The notes under the pieces: generated by a model
The model's input: the letters and a program-made list of their open reading frames with translations, nothing else
Told to the model about the DNA's origin: nothing
Databases searched by the model: none
In this document: one piece after another, positions 40,241 through 49,309 of the stretch
Position numbering within the stretch: the stretch's first letter is position 1
Layout: every line of letters begins with the position of its first letter
Program-made: the position numbers and the translations under genes
From: an uncultured Bacteroidota bacterium
GTDB lineage: Bacteria; Bacteroidota; Bacteroidia; AKYH767-A; OLB10
Assembly (NCBI GenBank): GCA_903847585.1
Contig: CAINEC010000007.1
Span: 8,112 to 72,111 of the forward strand
Direction of reading: 5' to 3'
DNA: 64,000 nucleotides

Positions 40241-40957
40241 TTATTTTTTTGATACTGTGATATAGCCAATTGGTCCGTAGCTAAATTTTCTAAATGCAGA
40301 TTTTAAAATAGGTAGTGGTCGTAAAGCCATGTATACTAATTGTGGTATCATCACCGTGATAAACAACAATGGATTAAACCATTGACCTAATAATTTGATT
40401 CGAGTAGCTTTCGCTAATAAATTCCAGAAACGCAATACAGGCTTCACAAGTAAGGTAATCCCGGCACCAACTACATCACTAACAGGATAAACAGATAGAT
40501 CTCTAAATCCACCTTTTTCAATTGTGTATTTTAATCCATATTGCGTGAAGCGATAATTATCCCATTGACCATCTGCAATCGGCACAAGATAGGGCGTAGT
40601 AAGAATGAGTGTTCCGCCTTTTTTTAATAATCTATAGCACTCATTAATTAATTCAGATGGTTCCTTCATATCTTGCATCACCTCTGTACATAAGATACAA
40701 TCAACGCTTTCATCAGGCAATGGGACATCGGTAGCTGAACAGTAAATGTCTATTGCTTTTTGTGGGAAAGGCATATCTGCCATTTCAGCCCCAATCGATT
40801 TGTCGAAATAGTTTTTATAAATCGAATAGTAGGGACGAGGTCCACATCCTAAATCAAGTAATGTAGCATCTTTAAAAGGATTATTTTTAAAATACTCTTT
40901 TAAGAAATCGTATCTCCAATTATTTTCGATTAACGCTCCAGGGTTTTTTAATTCCAT
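40241..40957 (-). CDS. Class I SAM-dependent methyltransferase
   Basis: LLDLGCGPRP motif I and LKKGGTLILT post-II region. Confidence 0.8.
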   Translation of the reverse strand: MELKNPGALIENNWRYDFLKEYFKNNPFKDATLLDLGCGPRPYYSIYKNYFDKSIGAEMADMPFPQKAIDIYCSATDVPLPDESVDCILCTEVMQDMKEPSELINECYRLLKKGGTLILTTPYLVPIADGQWDNYRFTQYGLKYTIEKGGFRDLSVYPVSDVVGAGITLLVKPVLRFWNLLAKATRIKLLGQWFNPLLFITVMIPQLVYMALRPLPILKSAFRKFSYGPIGYITVSKK

Positions 40958-40959
40958 TG

Positions 40960-41985
40960 TTAAACTAATTTTGACATTAAACTTGTTGTAAGTAATCCTA
41001 ATTTTGGAAAATGTAATTGATTATACATTTTCATTTCTTTGAAGAACTGAATTCTTTTCTCTAATATACTGTTTTCACATTTATCTGTATCTGGTAATGA
41101 AAACTCAAACTTGTTGAATCTGTTCATTAGTTTTAAATATCTTTTTTGACCAATCGGAGCAATGAAAGATGGAAAAAGGATTCCCTCGCGTGAATATGTT
41201 ATTGATGAAGATGATTTTAGTACTATGTTTTTTGAGAAGTTTCTACTTACGGTTGTAGGTAAATAAATTTCATCTTTTTCAAAAATAGATTTTAAAAAAT
41301 GGGAATAGGAATTATAAAATTCTAAAAACCACTTTTTAATTTCTACATCGCCTGGCTTTTGCAAGTGCCAATTAGCAATCCATTCTTTTGCTCTGGCTAT
41401 ATGCTTGTCGATTGGGGTATTACTAAGGTTTAAATAATTCAAATCATAGGTAAGTCCTTTAGTATGCTGAAGCAAATCCCTTAATTTAATTATTCCATAT
41501 TCTTTCTGTAGCGTTAAGTCGATATAGTTAGTAAATAAGAATTCTAAAGCTGTTTGTTTTTTTAGAGCTAATAATTCTTCATTCGAAACTAAAATATCGT
41601 TACCTTCAGGTTGTTCTCCGAAAATTAATTTTTGATTGTCCCACATCGCGTAGGATTTATTCTGAAACCAATGTTGCTCTGAAAGTGCCATTACTCCATG
41701 TGTAAACAACAATCTTTCTCTTTCTGTTAGATCGGAAATTATGTCACCACTAAAACAGCACTCTTTTTTAAAAGTGATCAGCAAGTCAATATCAGAAATG
41801 CCTGGTTGATTTACACCTCCAAAAGTACAGATGCATTTAACAGCTGGATTGGTTTTCAGCGAATCAACAACTTTTTCATATAAATGAAAGTAGTCTTCTT
41901 TTTGATAGCCTGTTAAAGGATAATTGATGATCTGCATACTAGAAATGAAGTTTACCAATTTTAAATCCTGTGAATTTGGCATCAA
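40960..41985 (-). CDS. Minimal nucleotidyltransferase-fold protein (paralogue 2), function unknown
   Basis: FGGVNQPGISDIDLLITF matches the pol-beta NTase hG[GS]x(9-13)DxD pattern, followed by THGV. A likely alternative start at 41937 (MQIINYP) abuts the upstream stop. Confidence 0.55.
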   Translation of the reverse strand: MMPNSQDLKLVNFISSMQIINYPLTGYQKEDYFHLYEKVVDSLKTNPAVKCICTFGGVNQPGISDIDLLITFKKECCFSGDIISDLTERERLLFTHGVMALSEQHWFQNKSYAMWDNQKLIFGEQPEGNDILVSNEELLALKKQTALEFLFTNYIDLTLQKEYGIIKLRDLLQHTKGLTYDLNYLNLSNTPIDKHIARAKEWIANWHLQKPGDVEIKKWFLEFYNSYSHFLKSIFEKDEIYLPTTVSRNFSKNIVLKSSSSITYSREGILFPSFIAPIGQKRYLKLMNRFNKFEFSLPDTDKCENSILEKRIQFFKEMKMYNQLHFPKLGLLTTSLMSKLV

Positions 41986-43339
41986 TTAAAGTTGAATTGC
42001 CCAATGGGCTGATTGTATGAATACCCTTTATACTTTTATTTTTGAAATCTTCTGGAGAGAACACTTCAATAATCTTTTCAGCATATTTTGTTTCTGATAG
42101 TTCTATGATTTCATTGAAAACTATTTTGCCACCATAGGTTAATCCGCTATTTTGTGAAGGACGAATAATTTTTCCTCCTATTTTGATAAAGCTTCCTGCT
42201 GGACGTGCATTAACGATTGAAGTAACAATTGGATTCAATGGATGAGGTTTCCATTGACCTGTTAATTCATCAGCAAAAAAAAGATTTAATTGATGATCCG
42301 ACATCTTATGTTTGGATGTTGTGCAGAAAAGCCAATATTTATCGTTGTGTTTTAAGATGGTATTGTCTACTCCAGGAAAATTATCAATTATTGTTTTTAT
42401 CATTTCCATTTCCTGTTTATTATCATTCCATTTGTATAGGTCAATCGAATTGGTCTGGTGTGTTTCTGGAATAATATAAATTTCGTTTGAGTCTTCCAAT
42501 ACAAACGGATAACTAAAGTGGAAATCAGCTTTTAATTTAAATACAATTCTTTGTGTTAAGCGTTCGCTTACTTCAATATGCCCTTTCTTTTTATTCCAAT
42601 TGTATTTCTCATAAATGATATAGTCGCCATTTCCTGTAGTAAAACCAAAAGGGTCAGCGATAAAATCTCGTTTGTTTTTAGTTTTTATCCACTGTACTTG
42701 TTTAAGCAGTATTTTGTTTTTTAGCACTTCCGAAACGGTGTTTTCTATAATACCAGTTTTCCAATAATGGTAGGTAAATGCAGTTTTAAGGTAATGCTTT
42801 ATCTTCTTAATGAAAAGTTCAAACTTGTATTTTCTAATTGGTATTGACTTCGGATGATTGTCTTGCCAGATTGTTTGGTTCTCAATATGGAAACGATTTA
42901 TCGATTCAATCAATAAGTTTGGAATTTTAGCAATTATAAATTTAAATGATCGATTATACGAATGATGGATTAGTAAATAGCGATGTCCATGTATTTGAAA
43001 AGATTGTTTTCCTGCAAACGTTTTTATTGTATTCAGAAAAAAACTATCATCATTATTGATAATGCTTTGATATAATTCTCTAGATATTCCTGATCGCAAA
43101 TTAGAAATAAATGGAATTTGTATAAGATTTTCGTGCGGATAATCTTTCTTAAATAGCGTATGGGTTGTAAAATTAATTACGAAATTATATTCCTTGGCCT
43201 TGGGGAAACTTTTTCGCAATTCGTGATTCCACTGAATAGTTTCAATAGAGCAGTTTAAATCAGACAATAGTTGTTTCCTGCATTTCTCAATTAGAGATTG
43301 CATAAATCCTTTGTCGATTATAAATGCTATTTTAATCAT
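41939..43339 (-). CDS. Two-domain hypothetical protein: degenerate formyltransferase-like N-terminal half plus beta-propeller-like C-terminal half (GH43/GINT1-like)
   Basis: The central HYWKTGI...FIADPF...YIIYEKY..KGHI pattern recalls the bacterial family annotated 'glucosamine inositolphosphorylceramide transferase-like'. The N-terminal half lacks the HxSLLPxxRG catalytic motif (reads IPFISNLRSG). Assignment is from memory. Confidence 0.4.
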   Translation of the reverse strand: MIKIAFIIDKGFMQSLIEKCRKQLLSDLNCSIETIQWNHELRKSFPKAKEYNFVINFTTHTLFKKDYPHENLIQIPFISNLRSGISRELYQSIINNDDSFFLNTIKTFAGKQSFQIHGHRYLLIHHSYNRSFKFIIAKIPNLLIESINRFHIENQTIWQDNHPKSIPIRKYKFELFIKKIKHYLKTAFTYHYWKTGIIENTVSEVLKNKILLKQVQWIKTKNKRDFIADPFGFTTGNGDYIIYEKYNWNKKKGHIEVSERLTQRIVFKLKADFHFSYPFVLEDSNEIYIIPETHQTNSIDLYKWNDNKQEMEMIKTIIDNFPGVDNTILKHNDKYWLFCTTSKHKMSDHQLNLFFADELTGQWKPHPLNPIVTSIVNARPAGSFIKIGGKIIRPSQNSGLTYGGKIVFNEIIELSETKYAEKIIEVFSPEDFKNKSIKGIHTISPLGNSTLIDAKFTGFKIGKLHF

Positions 43340-44273
43340 TCGGCCTTAAACTAATGATAAACAAAAGCAATTCACCTTTGATTTCTGATAAGGTGGTAAT
43401 GGCTTCTAAAGGTGTTTGTGATTTGCTTTTAATTTTTTTAATTGTTGTTTTTTTTAATTCTGACTTCTGTATTTTTTTTTGATGCCAGTTTGTTCTGATG
43501 TTCTCTAACTTCCTAATTAAAGATGTTTCATTTGATGGTAGTTGATTTTTAATTAAATCAAAGCTATCTTTTTTAGAAGTGTAATTTTGGTTTTTAGATT
43601 GTAAATATGAACAGGGGAGGAGTAATAATTCACTTAACATATTTTTGAAAAAATACTGGTTATGCCATTTGTCTTCCTGATCTAATTTGTTCTGAATACT
43701 TACTTTTAGTTTGTTAAACGAATTTGAGTAGTTTGATTTGTTTCTGTTATTGATTTGGAATTTACTATCTCCATAAATAACTTTCGACTCTTTTATAAGA
43801 TGGTAAATTATTGCATCGGAATTGTCCAACAATTCACTTTTGCTAATAACTAAAACACCATGATGTTGTAAGCAATCTTGTAGATGTGCTGTTAAATTAA
43901 TTTGTTCGATTAGTTTTTTTAGTTTGCTTGCCGAATTGTAATCAGTAAATTCAATTTCGTCATAAATCAATACGCCATCAAAATCACTGTAGTTAGTAAT
44001 TTCGTCTGACGCGATACTTCCAAATACTGTAAGCGCTATTTTATTTTCAAAATTATAATTAGAGCATAGTAATTCAAGTTCTTTAGCTAAAATATTATTT
44101 GAATTTAATGCTGGTAATTCTACTAGTTCTACATTTTTTAAAGTGTTTTTTTGTAGAATTGAATTCGCATCGACAAAAATTGAGAACACTAAACGAGCAG
44201 GTAAAATATTTGATAGGTATTTACTTGTTCTGCTAGTGTAGCCACTACTCAAATATTTCGACAGATTAGTCAT
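43332..44273 (-). CDS. Minimal nucleotidyltransferase-fold protein (paralogue 1), function unknown
   Basis: FGSIASDEITNYSDFDGVLIYD (G-S...DxD NTase motif) followed by HHGV, the same layout as the 40960-41985 product. K/N-rich helical C-terminal half. Confidence 0.55.
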   Translation of the reverse strand: MTNLSKYLSSGYTSRTSKYLSNILPARLVFSIFVDANSILQKNTLKNVELVELPALNSNNILAKELELLCSNYNFENKIALTVFGSIASDEITNYSDFDGVLIYDEIEFTDYNSASKLKKLIEQINLTAHLQDCLQHHGVLVISKSELLDNSDAIIYHLIKESKVIYGDSKFQINNRNKSNYSNSFNKLKVSIQNKLDQEDKWHNQYFFKNMLSELLLLPCSYLQSKNQNYTSKKDSFDLIKNQLPSNETSLIRKLENIRTNWHQKKIQKSELKKTTIKKIKSKSQTPLEAITTLSEIKGELLLFIISLRPND

Positions 44274-46779
44274 TGCTTTCTAAAAAGTTAATAATATTTG
44301 AAACTCTTATTTTAAATGTGTTTTGTTGCACATCAAATCTTGCTTGGCTGGCAATGATGGCTGATTTTTCTTCATCCTCTATTGCCATCTTTATTTTCTT
44401 AGCTAATTCATGTTCGTTTTCAGGCGCTACGAAATAGCAATTGTGTTCATTTAGTATGTCTTGTGTTGCAGGGTAGTTTGGAGTGATAATCGGATTTCCT
44501 GTTAACATGTATTCACATATTTTATTGGGGAAATTGTAGTTTACATCGTGCCCTTGTTTAGTGTAATAAGAAACTAGTATGTCTGCTGCAAACTGATAGT
44601 ATTTTATTTTTTGATAATCGTGAATGTAACCAGTGAAAACTGCGTTCTTTATACCATTGTCATCACACCATTCTTTCCAATAATCAACAGCTATAGGTTT
44701 TCCGCCAGTAAATATAAATTCATATTCAGGAAGTTTTTTAGCTGCTTTAAGAATATATTCTAATTCTAAATTATAATCGATTGCCAGCTTTCCGGTATAA
44801 ACAACCACTGGTTTTGAATGCTTGATTTCAAGTATGTCTCTTGCTTCAAATTTATCAATATAATCATCGGCTTGATCCTGGGTTATTGGATTAGATGAAA
44901 TGATTGTTTTGTTAATCGGATAGTTTGTTAATTGATAAATTGAATTGATGATTGATGAATTGGTTGCAATAATATTATCGCATAGTCCATAACTCCAATG
45001 AAATAGTTTTTTCTTGCTGAAGTCATGCGCCCAATAAGTGAACTTTAAGTTTTTTCTATTAAATGCTTTTGTTATTAAGAACGGAAATAAAATAGCAAGA
45101 CTTCTTGATATGACGATGTAATTATAATTTTTATCTCTTGAAAGTTTTCTGATTTGTAAATAATTTAGAATAACGATTTTCATCAGATTAAACTTTCCAC
45201 TTACATCAGATTTAAAATTTGTATTTAAATAATGAATGTTTAGTTTGTCGGAGATTCCATAAATTCTTGGTACATCATCTTTAGAAATATTATCTTCTCT
45301 TTTTACATAGGGAACGACCAAGTGTATGGTTCTATCATTTTGCACATATCCATCACAAAAGCGAACATCGCTAAGCTGATTAGTTCTAGGTCTTAAAATA
45401 TCATATGGTGATAAATAAATGTAAACTGTTTCTCTAGTATCATCGCTTAATGTAATTTTTTTGTTGATCCTTTTTAAGCAATAAAAAGCGAAAGAGAAAT
45501 TAATAAATAAATTAGCAGATAATAATCCTATTGCAACTCCAACTGGTCCTAAATGTGGGGTTAGAAAATATGCTATTATGAAGTTGATAATAATGGCAAT
45601 CGAGTAAATTTTTATTCTTTTATTGGTGAGATTAAGTCCTTGCATTAAAGGCGTAGTCCAAAATAAAATAGAGCCTGAGGCAGCTCCTAGAAAATGAATA
45701 AAAAATGTTGGGACTGATTGAATAAATGAAGGTCCGTAAACGAATGTAATTATATCACCCTTTAAGAAGAAGATAACGAGTGTTGCAATAGCAGAGGGAA
45801 TTATTGCGATGCTTGTTATTTTACCCATCATTAATCTAAGTTCCTTCCATTTGTTTTGAGCTACTAGGTGTGCTAATTGAGGATAGATGGAAGTTACTAG
45901 AGGGTCTGTAACAGTTAAAATCGCGTAAGCCAGTTTTTTTGAAACAGTATAAAAACCTACCGCGGCGTGTGTTCCAAAGAGGTTCAAAAGAAGAATATCT
46001 CCTTGATTTAAAAATGTTTTTAATGTGTTGCCGAATGAATTTCCGAAAATAAAATGTCTTACTTCGGCATAATGACTTTTAATAGCACTTGCTGGTGTTT
46101 TAAAATATGGGAGCAAGTCCTTTCTTAATTCAATGATGACTGACAAATTACAAATTAATGAGTTCAGTAATTTAGTCGATATGACTGTGTAAAAGAAGTA
46201 TTCAAGATTATTTGGGAAATAATAGATGGAAAGTGTAATTGCGGCAAATTCAACAGTGTCCATTATTATTTGAACAATTGAATTTACTTTAAATCGATAA
46301 TAAATTTTTAATACTGCTCTTCCAATATTATCTAAAAAGCAAACGCCATTTACAGCTGCATATAGGATAATAAATTTCTGAAGTCCTTCTATATCGAAGA
46401 AGTGTGGATATAAAAAGTAGGTTATTATTGCAATCACAATTACTGATAGCAATGCGGAAAGCATACTATACATTATACCTCTTTTCAGCAGGCTAATTAC
46501 TTTTTCTGGAGATTTGTGCGATATAAATTGAGCACCAAATTTTATTATTCCAAGCGGCACATTAAGTTTAATCACCTCTTGAATGGTGAGCACAAATGCA
46601 ATTATTACAGAATAAATACCCAGGATTTCTGCACCTAATCCGCGTGCTATGACAATTGATCGCAAAAAGGCGAGCAACACACCATAAACGTTCGACACAA
46701 AAACCCAGACACTATTTTTGAATAGTGTCTGAGTTTCTCCGTCTAAAGCAGATTTTAGTTTAGCACGAATTTGTTTCAT
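44266..46779 (-). CDS. Fusion protein: MOP-family flippase (Wzx-like) N-terminal half plus GT-B glycosyltransferase C-terminal half
   Basis: Residues 1 to ~440 contain about 12 hydrophobic segments in a typical polysaccharide-flippase layout. Residues ~450-837 are soluble, with the GT-B C-terminal motif NFPNKICEYMLTGNPIITPNYPATQDIL. Confidence 0.7.
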   Translation of the reverse strand: MKQIRAKLKSALDGETQTLFKNSVWVFVSNVYGVLLAFLRSIVIARGLGAEILGIYSVIIAFVLTIQEVIKLNVPLGIIKFGAQFISHKSPEKVISLLKRGIMYSMLSALLSVIVIAIITYFLYPHFFDIEGLQKFIILYAAVNGVCFLDNIGRAVLKIYYRFKVNSIVQIIMDTVEFAAITLSIYYFPNNLEYFFYTVISTKLLNSLICNLSVIIELRKDLLPYFKTPASAIKSHYAEVRHFIFGNSFGNTLKTFLNQGDILLLNLFGTHAAVGFYTVSKKLAYAILTVTDPLVTSIYPQLAHLVAQNKWKELRLMMGKITSIAIIPSAIATLVIFFLKGDIITFVYGPSFIQSVPTFFIHFLGAASGSILFWTTPLMQGLNLTNKRIKIYSIAIIINFIIAYFLTPHLGPVGVAIGLLSANLFINFSFAFYCLKRINKKITLSDDTRETVYIYLSPYDILRPRTNQLSDVRFCDGYVQNDRTIHLVVPYVKREDNISKDDVPRIYGISDKLNIHYLNTNFKSDVSGKFNLMKIVILNYLQIRKLSRDKNYNYIVISRSLAILFPFLITKAFNRKNLKFTYWAHDFSKKKLFHWSYGLCDNIIATNSSIINSIYQLTNYPINKTIISSNPITQDQADDYIDKFEARDILEIKHSKPVVVYTGKLAIDYNLELEYILKAAKKLPEYEFIFTGGKPIAVDYWKEWCDDNGIKNAVFTGYIHDYQKIKYYQFAADILVSYYTKQGHDVNYNFPNKICEYMLTGNPIITPNYPATQDILNEHNCYFVAPENEHELAKKIKMAIEDEEKSAIIASQARFDVQQNTFKIRVSNIINFLESND

Positions 46780-46794
46780 CGTCTACTTTTTAAG

Positions 46795-49281
46795 TTAGGC
46801 TTTGGAACTCTTTCGTTTAAATAGCTTTTTAAAAGTAGATTTCAAACTTTTTCTTTCTTTATCTTCTTCGTAATAGCCATAACCATAGCCATAACCGTAT
46901 CCGTAGCCATATCCATAACCATAACCATATTCATAACCGTAGCCATAGCTTCTGTTAGATGCCTTAATAGCGTTGAATACAATACATACATTTTTAAGCT
47001 TACCTTCACTATAAAGCTTATTGATAAAGTTCAAGTGGTGTTTTCTGGTAACACGTTGACGAACCACGTATATGCTTATATCAACATATTTCGATAATAC
47101 CATCGCATCGGTTATTAAACCAATAGGAGGTGTATCTAAAATAATGTAATCGTAGTTTGCCTTAAGATAAACAAATAGCTCATCCATTTTTGGAGAGATA
47201 ATTAATTCAGAAGGGTTAGGAGGTTTAGGTCCTGATAGGATAATATCAAGATTAGGAATTGTACCTGAATTCTGAATAATTTCTTTTTCATTGTTCAATC
47301 CAATAAGGTAGTTACTTAATCCAATCTCAGATACGAAGTCGAAACCAATCGTAATTTTCGGTTTACGTAAATCGCAACCAACTAGAATAGTTTTTCTTCC
47401 TGACATGGCCATCATACAGGCTAGATTCACGGAAGTAAAACTTTTTCCTTCTGATGATATCGACGATGTTACGAGAATCGTTGCTTTTTGATTTCCCTGA
47501 TTGAAATATTGTAAGTTCGTACGAATCGTTCTAAACGCTTCAGAGATATGCGAATTTGGTTTTTCTGTAACAACCAGGCTAGACTTTGAAGCACTTAATC
47601 CAATCATACCAATTACTGGAATGTTAGTTTTTGAATCTAAATCGTTACGGTCAATAATTCGATCGTTAAACGCTGTTCTGATGTAAATAAAGAATGCAGG
47701 TAAAATTAATCCGAATATAACGGCGATGGTATAACTTAAACTTTTGATTGGTTTAAGTGGTTTTATAAATGTTCTTGCATTGTCAATTATTCTATTGTCT
47801 GCTGTAGTTGAAGCTAGTAGAATAGCAGTCTCTGCTTTTTTCTGTAATAAGTAGGAGTAAAGTTGTTCTTTAATGTTTGAACCTCTTAACATACCTTGTA
47901 ATTCACGCTGAGCTGTTGGTAATCTTCTTAACTTAGATTCAACACTGCCTCGCTGACTTCTTGCTTCACCTAATGAAGCATTGATACCACTTTTCAGGGA
48001 TTTAATATTCTCTGATAAAGCTGCTTTAGTATTTGCAATCTCTGTATTTAAACTTACCATTAAAGGGTTATCTTCTTTAGATAAGTTTGACTGCGACTTT
48101 TTCTTATTTTCTAATTCGTTTAGTTTTAAAACGAGACTTTGTAAAAGCGGATCGTTTACTAAAATACTTCCTGGTGAAATATTGCCCGTTAAATTTTTAT
48201 TGTCGGAATTAACATAACCACCTAAATAATCAAGAAAACTACTTTGAACTGCCAATTGTGAAATTTGCCCATTGAAGTTTTTTACACTTTCTAAATATGC
48301 GTTTGCTTCAATTGATAAATCGGTTATCCCTCTTGAAACTCTGAATTTCTCAACATTTACTTCGTTCTCATTAATCTCTCCTGTTAATGCACCTAACTGC
48401 TGTTCGATAAAGTTCAACGTGTTAACTGCATACTCATTTTTAACTTCTATTCCTTTCTTTACATATAGTTCGCAAAGTTTATTTAAGAAGGCTTCATTCT
48501 TAGATGGCGTGGCTCCCTGAATAGATATTTGGAGCATTGATGCTTGTTTGCTAATTGGTTCTGCTTTTAATGCACTTTGATAAATATCTGTAAGTAGATT
48601 TTTATCAGCAACCTTAATAATAAATTTACGCTTTGAAAATTTTTTAGATTCGTATGGCTGTCGACTAAAGTCAGATGTCTTATCGATTGAAAATATTCCT
48701 AAATCATTACTGATTTTACGATTGAATAAATAGTATCCAATATATTCTGTATTGCCTTTAGTGTAGGTGAGTTTGTATTTATTGCTATTGATAATTTCTA
48801 ATTTGATAGAAGTATTAAAAGCAAGATTATATAAAGTATCTTCTTTTAAATCAAAAGGCTTCAACGCAAATATTTCAGACGTCTTTACATCTCCAATTAA
48901 GTAATAACTTTTGTAAAGTTGTAGCTCTTCAATTGTTTTAGAAATCAACATTCGAGATCGTATGATGCCGATTTCGTTTTCAATTCCGCCCTCATTATTA
49001 AAGGCTCCAAGCTGCGTTAGTAAATCACTACTATTTACATTCTTCTTCTCATCTTTAATTAATACAGTGCATGAAGAAAAATAGACTCTGTCGGCATACC
49101 AGTTATAGAAGTATGCTGTAACCAAAGAAAGGCTTAATGTATAAACATATAAATACCAATAGCGAAGGAAATACTTGTTTATTATTTGCGAAATGTTAAT
49201 CGTGTTTTCGCTTTCGTTCTTCTGATCGTTATTAGGGTTGTTTACTTTGTAGTCGTGAGCGGTAGTAGTGTCCTGATTCAT
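46795..49281 (-). CDS. wzc: Polysaccharide co-polymerase / BY-kinase (Wzc/GumC-like tyrosine autokinase)
   Basis: Wzz-like periplasmic coiled-coil region between two TM segments. Walker A SSISSEGKS, A' VGCDLRKP and B YIILDTPP. C-terminal Tyr cluster. Confidence 0.85.
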   Translation of the reverse strand: MNQDTTTAHDYKVNNPNNDQKNESENTINISQIINKYFLRYWYLYVYTLSLSLVTAYFYNWYADRVYFSSCTVLIKDEKKNVNSSDLLTQLGAFNNEGGIENEIGIIRSRMLISKTIEELQLYKSYYLIGDVKTSEIFALKPFDLKEDTLYNLAFNTSIKLEIINSNKYKLTYTKGNTEYIGYYLFNRKISNDLGIFSIDKTSDFSRQPYESKKFSKRKFIIKVADKNLLTDIYQSALKAEPISKQASMLQISIQGATPSKNEAFLNKLCELYVKKGIEVKNEYAVNTLNFIEQQLGALTGEINENEVNVEKFRVSRGITDLSIEANAYLESVKNFNGQISQLAVQSSFLDYLGGYVNSDNKNLTGNISPGSILVNDPLLQSLVLKLNELENKKKSQSNLSKEDNPLMVSLNTEIANTKAALSENIKSLKSGINASLGEARSQRGSVESKLRRLPTAQRELQGMLRGSNIKEQLYSYLLQKKAETAILLASTTADNRIIDNARTFIKPLKPIKSLSYTIAVIFGLILPAFFIYIRTAFNDRIIDRNDLDSKTNIPVIGMIGLSASKSSLVVTEKPNSHISEAFRTIRTNLQYFNQGNQKATILVTSSISSEGKSFTSVNLACMMAMSGRKTILVGCDLRKPKITIGFDFVSEIGLSNYLIGLNNEKEIIQNSGTIPNLDIILSGPKPPNPSELIISPKMDELFVYLKANYDYIILDTPPIGLITDAMVLSKYVDISIYVVRQRVTRKHHLNFINKLYSEGKLKNVCIVFNAIKASNRSYGYGYEYGYGYGYGYGYGYGYGYGYYEEDKERKSLKSTFKKLFKRKSSKA
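46870..46947 (-). repeat. In-frame hexanucleotide tandem repeat encoding (Tyr-Gly)n at the Wzc C-terminus
   Basis: The plus strand reads gta ata gcc ata acc ata gcc ata acc gta tcc gta gcc ata tcc ata acc ata acc ata ttc ata acc gta gcc ata. This encodes YGYGYEYGYGYGYGYGYGYGYGYGYY, 14 Tyr in 26 residues by my codon-by-codon reading. Confidence 0.9.
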
Positions 49282-49309
49282 TGTTCAAATTGATTAAGTA
49301 AGTAATATG

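Noticed and set aside
46870-46947. Hexanucleotide tandem repeat as a non-coding microsatellite or assembly artefact
   Set aside because: It is in frame within the wzc ORF and sits exactly where BY-kinases carry their Tyr cluster. Synonymous variation among the units argues that it is real coding sequence.
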